Part shown: positions 1 through 9,477 of the stretch, piece by piece
Layout of the letters: every line of letters starts with the position of its first letter
Numbering within the stretch: the stretch's first letter is position 1
DNA from: Thermoproteota archaeon
GTDB lineage: Archaea; Asgardarchaeota; Jordiarchaeia; Jordiarchaeales; Freyrarchaeaceae
DNA length: 63,312 nucleotides
NCBI GenBank assembly: GCA_029258835.1
Contig: JAPDJY010000048.1
Span: 1-63,312, forward strand
Direction: 5' to 3'
Position numbers and translations under genes: made by a program
Notes under the pieces: model-generated
The model's database searches: none
Told to the model about the DNA's origin: nothing
Seen by the model: the letters and a program-made list of their open reading frames with translations, nothing else

Positions 1-5
1 GAGGG

Positions 6-2020
6 GTGGCTGAAAAAGGTGGGGGGCTAGCGGCCTCAACCCGGAACCCTCTCGCTAGGCGTGGAGGGGAGAGAGGTGGGGTGGAGGGCTGGCTTACGGC
101 TTCATCGATAGTTGACGTTCAAAGGATCTTGGCTGAGGAGGCGGGGAGGAGCGCGGCCGAGGTCCTGGACGAGGTGGTGGGTAAAGGCGGGGAGAAAGCT
201 AGGGCTGCGATGGTGGTACGGGAGGCTGTAGGGGGCACGGCCGTAACCGCAGGAGAGCTGGCGGAAAAGCTTAATGAAGCCCTGTGGGGCCCTGCGAAGA
301 AGGGGTCAGGGCTTCCCAGCCTCATGGAGTGGGGGATGCCTCTCCCCCTCAACGTCTGCGAAGCCTTAAGGCGGGTTAGGAGGAAAACCGGTGGAAAACT
401 CGACTTCCGCGTGTGGCTCGCCTCCCACGCCAGGAAGCTGGGAGCCGAGCTTGGAAGAGCGGACGTCGACCTGGCCGTCGGAGGCATGCTCACCGGAAGC
501 CAGCTGGAAAAGCTGCTCGAAGCACTCAGCATCGAAAGAGGGGAGGTGGACGTCCGGAGGCACGTCTCCCCAGCCACCGAGAGGGACACACGCCTCCTAA
601 CGCGGAGGATGGGGGGGCTAGGCACCTCGCTCAGAAAACTCGCAGGCGAGCTCAAAGTGCCGTTCAACACCCTCAGAAGGTTTCTGAGGGGGGAAGCAAG
701 CCTCCCGGAGGAGGACGCACACCGCATCCTCTCAGCCCTCAAGCTCGGCAACGTCAGGCTAAAAGTGGACCACTACAGGCTTGGCGACGAAAAGTCGGGA
801 AACCTCATCATAGAGCGGATGAAAGAGAAAAAATTAACCCTAAAGGGGCTCTCAGAGAAAGTGGGGGTAGCCGAGGAGACGCTCAGAAGGTTCCTCCGCA
901 TCCTCCCCCTCAGGAAGCAACTCCAGCTGGCACAGGTCCTCGCCAGCTCAGGCGAGAAAGTCAAGGAAGAAGTAAAAGTTAACTCCAACGCACTCGCCGA
1001 CAGGTTAAGGTTTGAACTCATAAAAAGCTCCGGCTACCCGTACGGGGCGAAAGTAGAAGTGGAAGTGGAAGGGGAAGCGAAAGTGGAGGAGGAGGGGGAG
1101 AGGGGGGAAGGAGGGGGAGGGGTGGTCAAAGGGATTGGGCGTGGAGGGGAGTGGGTGGAGGCAAACGTGAATTTAAAGGGGAGCTACACCTCGGAGCAGG
1201 TTAGAAAGGTTCTGGAGGAAATGGCTGGGAGGCTCAGCCCACCCCTAGAACAGCAGATGACCTTCCAGGTCGCAAATCAGCTCGGGCTGAGAACCTGCTA
1301 CGACTACGCCACCGGCAGCCAGAAAAGCCTCGGCGGAAGGCAGGTGGTTAAGCTGGCTGCAGCCACCCTCACCCTCCTAGGCCGGGAAGCCACGGAAAAC
1401 CTCCTGGAAAACCTGAACCCCACCCGGCACCCGGACGCCAAGCCACCCAAAGAAAGCCGAGCCCACCGCCCACCCGGGCTGCGATACACACCCGTAGAAG
1501 ACGTCTTCATCCCAATAATCGCCCACTGGCTCAACGGCAGCATAAACGTCAGGGAGCACGAAGTGGAAGGCAGAAGAAGAATAGACCTCACAGTAGAAAT
1601 AGACTTCACAGTGGAGGGCGGAAAACCCCACTCGCCGAAAAAGCCCTCTCAGCACTGCACGGATCACCCCCCGAAAACGCAACCCTGCTCGTCGAGCTAA
1701 AAACACCCAACGTCAAAGTCGACGGCAAAAGCCTCGAAGCCATAATCGACAGACACGCGTCCATACTCAAAAAGCTTAAAAGCGAAGAAAGCAGGAGGAA
1801 AGTCGCCTCCATACTCGTCGACATGAACGAAAAAACCCCAATCGAGAAAGCCGTCAGAAACCCCGGAAAACCCATCAAACTCGGAAACGTAACAGTCACC
1901 TGTACAAACACCAAAGAACCAGGATTCCACCTGCTAAACCTCGAAAAAGACGGAAAAAACACCAAAATCCTCCACATACACACCCCCAAAGTAAAACCAA
2001 CACCCGAAAACACCCCCTAA
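6..2020 (+). pseudogene. Large protein with tandem XRE-type HTH motifs and a probable C-terminal PD-(D/E)xK nuclease-like domain; -1 frameshift near 1623-1629; probably 5'-truncated by the window edge
   Basis: The 6..1700 ORF has two HTH-like segments (SLRKLAGELKVPFNTLRRFLRG, TLKGLSEKVGVAEETLRRFLR). A second open frame from ~1622 (KTPLAEKALSALHGSPPENATLLVELKTPNV...) runs into the 1823..2020 ORF. Joined, they give RRIDL...LLVELKT. Confidence 0.5.
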
Positions 2021-2022
2021 TC

Positions 2023-2778
2023 ATGATGAGAAAAGCAAAAAACCCAAAAGACCACCAAATAATATGGGAGGGGTATAAAAAACTACTTGAAGAAGGAAAA
2101 GCGGAGGAAGCCGGAAAATGGCTAAAATACGCCTCAGAAAAGGGGTGGCTTGAGATGATGCCCTACAGGTACTACCGGGACAGCTGCCTCGAGGACGTGG
2201 ACGACCTCGTCCCCTCCATCCGAAGCCTGAAAAGCCACGGCAGAACCGAAGAAGCCGTGAAACTAACAATGGAAATACTCGAAAAAAAGCCAGAACACAT
2301 ACCACCACAAATAACACGAATAATGGACGAACTACCAGAAAAAAGCAAGCTGGAGTTCGCCCTCAAAGCAGCCGAAAAACTCACCCCAGAACAGCTAGCA
2401 GACGTAGCACACCAACTCATCAAACAACTCCCAGACAAGGACAGGCTAGACTTCGCCCTCAAAGCCCTAGACAAGATGCCTGAAGGGGAGAGGGTTGGGT
2501 TTAGTTTGGAGGTGGTGAAGGGTTTGTCTGGTGGGGGTGCTGTCAGGTTCATCCGGGTGGCGGTGGAGGTGATCCCTGAGAGGTGGCTTGCGCTCTTGGG
2601 GCAGCGCTTCGCCGTGGAGGCTGCAGGCCTGTTCGACCCCCGGGATGCAGCTGAGGTTCTCAAAGAGGTGTACAGGAGGCTGCCCGAGGAGGACAGGGAC
2701 TGGTGGATGAAGGCTGTGGTCAGGGTGGCTCCTCCGCAGGTGGGGGAGCTGCTCCGGGGGATAGTTGAGGTGGGGTAG
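2023..2778 (+). CDS. Hypothetical alpha-helical repeat protein (~16-aa repeats)
   Basis: 251-aa ORF with repeats LPEKSKLEFALKAAEK / LPDKDRLDFALKALDK / MPEGERVGFSLEVVKG. Confidence 0.7.
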   Translation: MMRKAKNPKDHQIIWEGYKKLLEEGKAEEAGKWLKYASEKGWLEMMPYRYYRDSCLEDVDDLVPSIRSLKSHGRTEEAVKLTMEILEKKPEHIPPQITRIMDELPEKSKLEFALKAAEKLTPEQLADVAHQLIKQLPDKDRLDFALKALDKMPEGERVGFSLEVVKGLSGGGAVRFIRVAVEVIPERWLALLGQRFAVEAAGLFDPRDAAEVLKEVYRRLPEEDRDWWMKAVVRVAPPQVGELLRGIVEVG

Positions 2779-2779
2779 C

Positions 2780-3192
2780 TTTCCTCTTAGTGTGGTTGGG
2801 GTTGCTGGCTTCCGCTGGCTTTTTTGTTCTTTTCTGTGTGGGCTAGTTTTTAATAGTTTATTTTTTGTTGTGTTTGGTTTTCTGGGTGAGGTTTTTGTGT
2901 GGCTGTGTTTGGTTTGATGGTTTTCTGGTGTTTGACTGTTTGGATTGATGTTCTTTTTTTCTTTGTATTTGATGGTTTGTTGGTGGGTGTTGTTTTCGTG
3001 TTTGGGTGTTTTTTGCCTTGTTTTTGCTGTGTTGCTAGTGTGTTTTGGTGTTGTTAGTGTTTTGGGTTGGTGGTGGGTGTTTTAAGTGTGGTGTTTGGTG
3101 GGTTTGTGGGCTGCTGGTTTGGTTGTTTGTAGGTGGGTGTGCTGTCTGGTGGCTGTTGGCTGGTTTTTGCTTTCGGGTGGCTGGGCTTGGTT
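2780..3192. repeat. Low-complexity G/T-rich non-coding tract
   Basis: The + strand is almost only G and T (e.g. gtttggtttgatggttttctggtg). The 88-aa ORF here looks like a compositional artefact. Confidence 0.75.
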
Positions 3193-3642
3193 GTAACTCT
3201 CCGGTTTGCATCCGGGTAACGGATGGTTTATCGGCGTTTAAACGCCTGGTTCACGTTTCAGGCAGCAAGCAAGGCTCAACTGGTCTTCCAGCGACTCTCC
3301 GGGTTCGCTGAATTACGGGTGGTGTTAACTGAGGCGGGTGACTAGTTGGGTGGTAGCCTCTCGGTCGTGGCTAGAGCTTCGGAGTGTTTGATGTCCGCTA
3401 CAGCAGCTAAGCCGTCGACTGATGGGTGAGCTGTTAATGGTGATGATGGAAGGTAGAAGGAGTCTGCCAGCTGCCGAGTCATGATCCGTGTTTAAGTGGC
3501 AAGTGGAAACGGTGACTCGGCTTCGCTTCCAAGCTGGGCAAGGTTAACACTTCGGGAACGCTGAGGAAGCCGGGTGCAGCAGCTAAGTGATGGGTTCGCG
3601 GGTCTCCGCCTTCCGAAAAGTTTGAATGTTCCCGGCGGTTAC
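3193..3642 (+). ncRNA. Candidate ~450-nt structured non-coding RNA of unknown family (alternative: MITE remnant)
   Basis: Many stems: terminal GTAAC/GTTAC, GGTGTTAACT/GGTTAACACT, GCCGAGTCA/TGACTCGGC, TGCCAGCT/AGCTGGGCA, CATCCG/CGGATG, CAGCGA/TCGCTG. G-U pairs favour the + strand. No convincing ORF. Confidence 0.45.
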
Positions 3643-3660
3643 CATGTAAGTGTGGACAGC

Positions 3661-3676
3661 AAAAAGTTAAAAAATA
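3661..3676 (+). promoter_or_regulatory. BRE/TATA-like promoter of the cdh operon
   Basis: AAAAAG-TTAAAAATA about 60 nt upstream of the cdhC start. Confidence 0.45.
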
Positions 3677-3733
3677 GATTATCTCGATGTTTCATTGAAA
3701 TGTCTCATGGGATTCAAGAAGGGGTGTTGTCTG

Positions 3734-5146
3734 ATGGCGTCGTCATTTAAGGACGTGTGTCCCGTTGACGTTGGCCCAGTGTATGAGGGTGAAAGGATTC
3801 GTGGTAAGGAGATGTACGTCGAGTTCGGCGGTCCTAAGGTTGAACATAAGTTCGAGCTGGTGCAGGTGCGAGACCCTGGTGAAATAGAGGACGAGAAGGT
3901 TGAGGTGATCGGGCCGGACATTAAGGACATGGAAGAGGGCAAATCCTATCCTCTGGGAATACTGGTTGAAGTGGCGGGGCCACAGGTGGAGAAGGACTTG
4001 GAGGGCGTCTTGGAACGGCGAATCCACGAGTTCACTAACTACATTGAAGGCATGATGCACTTGAATCAGAGGTATGACATCTGGCTGCGGCTTTCTAAGT
4101 CTTCTTTTAAGAAAGGGTTGAACAGCTTCAAGCAGGTTGGGGCTGTTTTGGTTAGGCTTTATAAGGCTGAGTTTCCGATCATCGAGAAGATCCAGGTGAC
4201 TTATATTACTGACCCTGAGAAGGTCAGGGAGATGTATGAGAAGGCGATTGAGATCTATGAGGCTAGGGATGCTAGGGCTAGAGGGTTAATGGATGAGGAT
4301 GTTGAGGAGTTTTACGGCTGCGTGCTCTGCCAGAGCTTTGCTCCTACGCATGTGTGCATTATTACACCTAATAGGATTTCGCTTTGCGGGTCTATTAGCT
4401 GGTTTGACGCTAGGGCTGCTGCTAGGGTTGACCCTAAGGGACCTAACTTCAGGGTCGAGAAGGGGGAGCTGTTGGACCCTGTGAGGGGCGAGTATAGTGG
4501 TGCTAACGAGGCGGTTAAGGAGCGTTCTTTAGGGGAGGTCGAGCGGGTTTACCTTTACAGCATGTTTGGCTACCCGCATACCAGCTGTGGATGCTTTGAG
4601 GCTATTGCGTTCTATATTCCCGAGGTTGACGGTGTGGGGATCGTTGACAGGAACTATCAGGGCCCCGCTGTTAATGGGTTACCATTTTCGACGATGGCTA
4701 ACCAGACTGGTGGCGGTAAGCAAGTCGAAGGCTTCCTTGGGATTGCTATCGAGTACATGAGGAGCCCGAAGTTTCTGCAGGCTGATGGCGGATGGAACAG
4801 GGTTGTATGGCTTCCCTCGTACATTAAGGAGAGGGTTCTCGACGCTATTCCTGAGGAGTTGAGGGATAAGATAGCGACAGAGAAGGACGTTTCAAACACA
4901 GCCGAGCTCATGGAGTTTCTGAGGGAGCGAGGGCACCCGGTGGTTGAGCGGTGGAAGGCTATGGAGGTGCCTGCGGCCGAGGCCGAGGCGGAGGCCGAGG
5001 CCGATGTTGCTGTGCCTGAGCTTGCAGTTCCGGTTGAGGGTGTCCCAGCCGTGGGCGGCGGGATCCAGCTGGTGTTCAAGAACGTTAAGATCCGCGCTGA
5101 CCGGTTGATCATTAGAAGGGTTGAAAAAGGTAAGAAGGGAACGTAG
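3734..5146 (+). CDS. cdhC: Acetyl-CoA synthase, CODH/ACS beta subunit
   Basis: CVLCQSFAPTHVC and HTSCGCFE A-cluster motifs; RBS GGGGTG before ATG 3734. Confidence 0.95.
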   Translation: MASSFKDVCPVDVGPVYEGERIRGKEMYVEFGGPKVEHKFELVQVRDPGEIEDEKVEVIGPDIKDMEEGKSYPLGILVEVAGPQVEKDLEGVLERRIHEFTNYIEGMMHLNQRYDIWLRLSKSSFKKGLNSFKQVGAVLVRLYKAEFPIIEKIQVTYITDPEKVREMYEKAIEIYEARDARARGLMDEDVEEFYGCVLCQSFAPTHVCIITPNRISLCGSISWFDARAAARVDPKGPNFRVEKGELLDPVRGEYSGANEAVKERSLGEVERVYLYSMFGYPHTSCGCFEAIAFYIPEVDGVGIVDRNYQGPAVNGLPFSTMANQTGGGKQVEGFLGIAIEYMRSPKFLQADGGWNRVVWLPSYIKERVLDAIPEELRDKIATEKDVSNTAELMEFLRERGHPVVERWKAMEVPAAEAEAEAEADVAVPELAVPVEGVPAVGGGIQLVFKNVKIRADRLIIRRVEKGKKGT

Positions 5147-6343
5147 ATGGTTAGTGACGAGATTTCATTGGGTAAGCGGATCCTCGAGATCTTAGAAAAG
5201 CATGGGGAGTTGGAGCTGGAGAACGTTACGTTTGAAGCGGAGGAGCTTGTGCTTAAGACTATTCCGGCCATGTTTGCTGCGGCCTTGCCTCCGGCTGCTA
5301 GGGCTAGGCTACCGTCCGCCCTTGTCGAGGAGCGCTTCGAGCCGCCTGTGGAGACGTACCCGGGAGAGATCGTTGAGGTTCAGTTTGGCGCCACTAGGGC
5401 TGAGGGTGGAAGCCGCAAGAAGGTTGTTAAGGTTGGCGGCGAGAAGGCGCCTGCCTTCTACAGGTTCGAGTTTAATAATCCTAATAGGCCGGTGGTGACG
5501 TTTGACGTCTTTGACATTCCCATCAAGCTTCCGAAGCCTATCACTGAGCACTTCCAGGACGTCATGGAGGACCCTGCCGCCTGGGCTAAGAAGGCTATTA
5601 ACGAGTTCGGTGCGGACATGGTTACTGTCCACCTTATAAGCACCGACCCTTACATTAAGGATACCCCTGCCAAAGAGGCTGCTAAGGTCGTCGAGGACGT
5701 GCTACAGGCTGTTGACACGCCTATCTTGATCGGTGGATCCGGGAACCCGGATAAAGACCCTGAGGTCTTGGAGGCCGCAGCCGAGGTTTCAGAGGGAGAA
5801 CGGCTGATGCTTAACTCCGCATCTCTTAACCTTGACTGGAAAAGGGTTGCCGACGCGGCTAAAAAGTATGGTCATAACGTTCTTTCGTGGACCCAGCTCG
5901 ACGTAAACAACCAGAAGAAGCTTAACAAGCTTATTCTGGATGAGGGGATGCCGAGGAACAGAATTGTGCAGGATGCTACCACGGCTTCTTTAGGATACGG
6001 GCTAGAGTACTCTTTCAGCATTTATGAGAGGATTAGGCTGTCTGCCCTGAGAGGAGACCCCGACCTGCAGATGCCCCTCTCCTCCGGCACAACCAATGCG
6101 TGGGGTGCTAGGGAAGCGTTCATGAGCGATAAGAAGAGGGGTGCCGAGTGGGGTCCACAGAGGCTTAGAGGCCCCATCTGGGAGGCCATAACGGCGGTTT
6201 CCCTAGCGCTGGTTGGATGCGACGTGTTCATGATGCTCCACCCGGCGAGCGTACAGATCTTTAAGACGTTCGTAGAGTACCTGTCTTCTCCTAAGAGGGC
6301 GGAGGTTCCACCCCTCCTCAACTGGGTAACCGCCAGAGTTTAG
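5147..6343 (+). CDS. cdhD: Corrinoid Fe-S protein small subunit (ACDS delta)
   Basis: IGGSGNPDKDPEVLE, LGYGLEYSFSIYERIRL, NAWGAREA motifs. Confidence 0.95.
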   Translation: MVSDEISLGKRILEILEKHGELELENVTFEAEELVLKTIPAMFAAALPPAARARLPSALVEERFEPPVETYPGEIVEVQFGATRAEGGSRKKVVKVGGEKAPAFYRFEFNNPNRPVVTFDVFDIPIKLPKPITEHFQDVMEDPAAWAKKAINEFGADMVTVHLISTDPYIKDTPAKEAAKVVEDVLQAVDTPILIGGSGNPDKDPEVLEAAAEVSEGERLMLNSASLNLDWKRVADAAKKYGHNVLSWTQLDVNNQKKLNKLILDEGMPRNRIVQDATTASLGYGLEYSFSIYERIRLSALRGDPDLQMPLSSGTTNAWGAREAFMSDKKRGAEWGPQRLRGPIWEAITAVSLALVGCDVFMMLHPASVQIFKTFVEYLSSPKRAEVPPLLNWVTARV

Positions 6344-6357
6344 TTGGGGTGTATGCG

Positions 6358-8127
6358 ATGCCACGTTTAAAGCCGCTGGACATTTACAATTACCTTCCCA
6401 AGACGAACTGCGGTGAATGTGGGCTAGATAGTTGTATGGCGTTCGCTTACAAGTTGATTGAACATGAGATTGACGTTGAAGCCTGTAAGCCGCTGGCGAC
6501 TGATCCCAAGTTTAAGAAGGCATTTGAGGAACTTAAGGAACTCGTAACCCCTCCTGTTAGGCCTGTGAAGTTTGGCGGAGACGGGAAAGAGGCTGTAATT
6601 GGCGGAGAAGAGGTGATGTACAGGCATGAGCTAACGTACTTTAACCCGACGGTGATCGCCGTATGTGTCCATGACGAGATGCCCGAGGACGAACTGGTGA
6701 AAACAGTTCAGTTCATAAGTAACTGGTATGTGTTCCGTGTGGGAGTTAACCTCTACCTTGACGCCGTAGCGGTAAAATCTGTTTCGAGGGATCCGGAAAG
6801 GTTCTCTAAAGCCGTTAAGCTGGTAGCCGAGAACACGAATTACCCGATTGTGCTTTGCTCTTTGGACCCCGCATGTCTTAAAGCCGGTGTGGATGTTATA
6901 AAGGACAGGCGTCCTCTGCTGTACGCGGCCACTAGGGATAACTGGCGTGAAGTCGCCGAGATAGCGTTAAACGCGGGGTGCCCTGTCGTTGTGTCTTCTC
7001 CAGGCGACTTAGACACTCTTAAATCTCTTGCCGTCACTCTTTCAAGCGCGGGGATAGATGTGGCGCTCGATCCAGGTACGGCTTGGGGGGAAGGCGTCCT
7101 CGCAGACACAATAGACAGCTTCACCATGCTAAGGAGAGCCGCTATAGAACGTGGCGATAAGGGTGTAGGATGGCCTCTGGTTGGTGTGCCTGCAACTCTA
7201 TGGATCGGAAAGGAAGAGGCTTCCGAGGGTGAGCGCCTTGAAACAGCCTTCGTCGAAACCCTCCTGGCGGCAGCTTTGATATGCAGGTACGCTGACCTCT
7301 TAATAATCAATTCTAAGGAACTATGGACGTTCCTTGCACTAGTCACACTAAGGCAAAACCTCTATACTGACCCTCGGATCCACCCTTCAGTTGAGCCAGG
7401 TCTCATAGCCATAGGTAATCCTAACGAAGACAGCCCCGTACTGATAACGACCAACTACGCGTCAACCGCGTTCGTTGTCAGGTCAGACTTGGAACAATCC
7501 AAAATAGACGCGTGGCTGGTGATTATCGACACGGAGGGAATAGGAGTCGAGTCCGCCGCCGCCGGAGGACAGCTTAACGCCTCCAAGATGGCTGAAGCCC
7601 TAAGTGAGTATAAGGTTGCTGAGAAAGTTAGGCATAGGTCGGTTATAATTCCCGGGCTGGCTGCAAGGTTTGCAGGGGAGCTAGAAGACGCAAGTGGATG
7701 GGATGTTTACGTTGGACCAAAGGACTCAAGTGGAATACCTAGCTTCTTGAAGACCAAGTACAGGCCTCGCGATGGCCTAAGGTATGTCGGCGATCCCGGC
7801 GCCGACTCGCCCGTCATAGTGACAGTAAACAATATAAGGGATTTCTACAGGGTTAAAACGCCTCTTCTTGAAGGAAAGATCGACGCTTGGCTTCTCGTAG
7901 TAAACACGGATGGTCTACCGGTTAGTGAAGCAATAAAAGAAAGGAAGCTTACGGGAGACGCCGTCAAGTCCATGATGGAAAGGGAGGATGTCGGTAAGCA
8001 AGTAAGCCATAAGAAGCTTATCATACCTGAAGAAGCCGAACCGATCAAAGAAGAAATCGAGAAAGCTACTGGATGGGACGTAACCGTAGTTCCATGCGAG
8101 AAACTGGTTGAAGAACTGAAAAAGTAA
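6358..8127 (+). CDS. cdhE: Corrinoid Fe-S protein large subunit (ACDS gamma) with a duplicated C-terminal domain
   Basis: LPKTNCGECGLDSCMAFA Fe-S motif, YRHELTYFNPT, YTDPR, GPKDSSGIP. Confidence 0.93.
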   Translation: MPRLKPLDIYNYLPKTNCGECGLDSCMAFAYKLIEHEIDVEACKPLATDPKFKKAFEELKELVTPPVRPVKFGGDGKEAVIGGEEVMYRHELTYFNPTVIAVCVHDEMPEDELVKTVQFISNWYVFRVGVNLYLDAVAVKSVSRDPERFSKAVKLVAENTNYPIVLCSLDPACLKAGVDVIKDRRPLLYAATRDNWREVAEIALNAGCPVVVSSPGDLDTLKSLAVTLSSAGIDVALDPGTAWGEGVLADTIDSFTMLRRAAIERGDKGVGWPLVGVPATLWIGKEEASEGERLETAFVETLLAAALICRYADLLIINSKELWTFLALVTLRQNLYTDPRIHPSVEPGLIAIGNPNEDSPVLITTNYASTAFVVRSDLEQSKIDAWLVIIDTEGIGVESAAAGGQLNASKMAEALSEYKVAEKVRHRSVIIPGLAARFAGELEDASGWDVYVGPKDSSGIPSFLKTKYRPRDGLRYVGDPGADSPVIVTVNNIRDFYRVKTPLLEGKIDAWLLVVNTDGLPVSEAIKERKLTGDAVKSMMEREDVGKQVSHKKLIIPEEAEPIKEEIEKATGWDVTVVPCEKLVEELKK

Positions 8128-8224
8128 CTAAGCGGCAAGGAACTCTTAAAATCCACCTTTCCGTCTACTTTTTTACTGCCTTTGCCTTAAACCTTCTCCT
8201 TAGCTCTTTCTGCCTCTTTCTAGT

Positions 8225-8674
8225 TTATCTTACTATTAGGACAGGACAGTGGGCATGGCGGCTCACTTTATCCGACACGCTTCCAAGGAGGAACCGTTTA
8301 ACGTCTCCTAAACCTCTACTTCCTACAATTACCAGGTCACATTCTTCCTCTTTTGCCGTTTCTATAATCGCAGTTGGCGGGTTCCCCCTTTTCAAGACCA
8401 GATGCGCCTTTACTCCCACCTCTTTAAACTTTACTTCATACTCCTCGAGAAGTTTTTTACCGGCATTCTCTAGTTCTTCAGCGAGAAGCTTGGCTGTCCC
8501 GTACTCTGCTATCGCGACTCCAGCGTTCCCGATTCCAACGAAGAAGAAAGGCGTGGTTACGACGTGGAGGACCACTACTTCAGAACCAAACTTTTCAGCT
8601 ATTGCAAGAGCGTAGCTGGCGGCCTTCTCTGAATATTCTGAGCCGTCAACAGCAACTAGAATCTTGCGAAACAC
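8225..8674 (-). CDS. Universal stress protein (UspA family)
   Basis: KILVAVDGS and DLVIVGSRGLG...LGSVSDKV motifs; GTG start after a GGGGG RBS. Confidence 0.92.
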   Translation of the reverse strand: MFRKILVAVDGSEYSEKAASYALAIAEKFGSEVVVLHVVTTPFFFVGIGNAGVAIAEYGTAKLLAEELENAGKKLLEEYEVKFKEVGVKAHLVLKRGNPPTAIIETAKEEECDLVIVGSRGLGDVKRFLLGSVSDKVSRHAHCPVLIVR

Positions 8675-9021
8675 TTTCCATACCCCCTTCAACCATCCAA
8701 CATAAAAATGAACGCTATTATACTTTGCCGTCAACCCGGCTTCTCCCCAAGAAATAGACATGAACTCCCAACGAAGCCTCATCTCATCGAAAAACCCAAA
8801 GCACGCCCTCAAGGGGGAAACTAAATCATCAGGTTTCCCTCCATCTAAGGAGGTTAATCAGTAAGCCAAATGTTCCTATCCGTTTTCCTGGCACGTTTTT
8901 CCATCCCTTGATGAAAAGTTTAAAGTAGTTTGCCTCTCTCATTTAAGGGAAGAGCGGTTTTGCCGGAGAAGGGGGGTCAACGCTGGGGACCGAGCTAAGT
9001 AGGTTTAAGGTTCGCTTTGTA

Positions 9022-9360
9022 ATGGAAGGCATAGGTAAAGCCGAGGGCGAGCTTAACCGGCTTAAGGCTCCCTTAACCGTTGAGGCGTTGCTGAGCGCTC
9101 TCCCGGTTTCAGGAGTGGCAAGCGTGTGGCAAGGGAAAGAAGTATACTTCACGGTTGGAATCAAGAAAGGATTAGAAAACCCGGTGAAAGAAATCGAGGT
9201 AGGGGACATAGCCTACTGGCCTCTAGGCGACGCATTATGCATTTTTTTCGGAAAGATTAAACCCTACTCCGAAGTTAACCCCGTTGGGAAAATAACAAAA
9301 GGCCTCGAACTCTTCAGCCAAGTAAGGCAAGGTACCAAGATACACGTCGGACGTATCTAA
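9022..9360 (+). CDS. Cyclophilin-like fold protein (TM1367/DUF369-like)
   Basis: WQGKEVYF and GDIAYWPLGDALCIFFG; may start at CTG 8983. Confidence 0.8.
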   Translation: MEGIGKAEGELNRLKAPLTVEALLSALPVSGVASVWQGKEVYFTVGIKKGLENPVKEIEVGDIAYWPLGDALCIFFGKIKPYSEVNPVGKITKGLELFSQVRQGTKIHVGRI

Positions 9361-9477
9361 CTGAATTCGACGCATCCAAACAAAATTATTTTCTTTTAGT
9401 TTTTTAATGAAACTAAGAGGGAATTTAAGGTTAAGGTTGATGGGTGTATTCGGCGGCTCTTCCGAGGGAATCATACA

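Noticed and set aside
3045-3311. 88-aa V/G/C/W-rich ORF
   Set aside because: Product of the G/T low-complexity tract
3193-3642. Assignment as RNase P, SRP RNA, group I/II intron or cobalamin riboswitch
   Set aside because: Conserved sequence blocks are absent or in the wrong order, so it is left unassigned
8805-8845. GGGAAAC/GTTTCCC hairpin with CTGATGA on the minus strand
   Set aside because: The rest of a hammerhead core or a C/D partner box is missing
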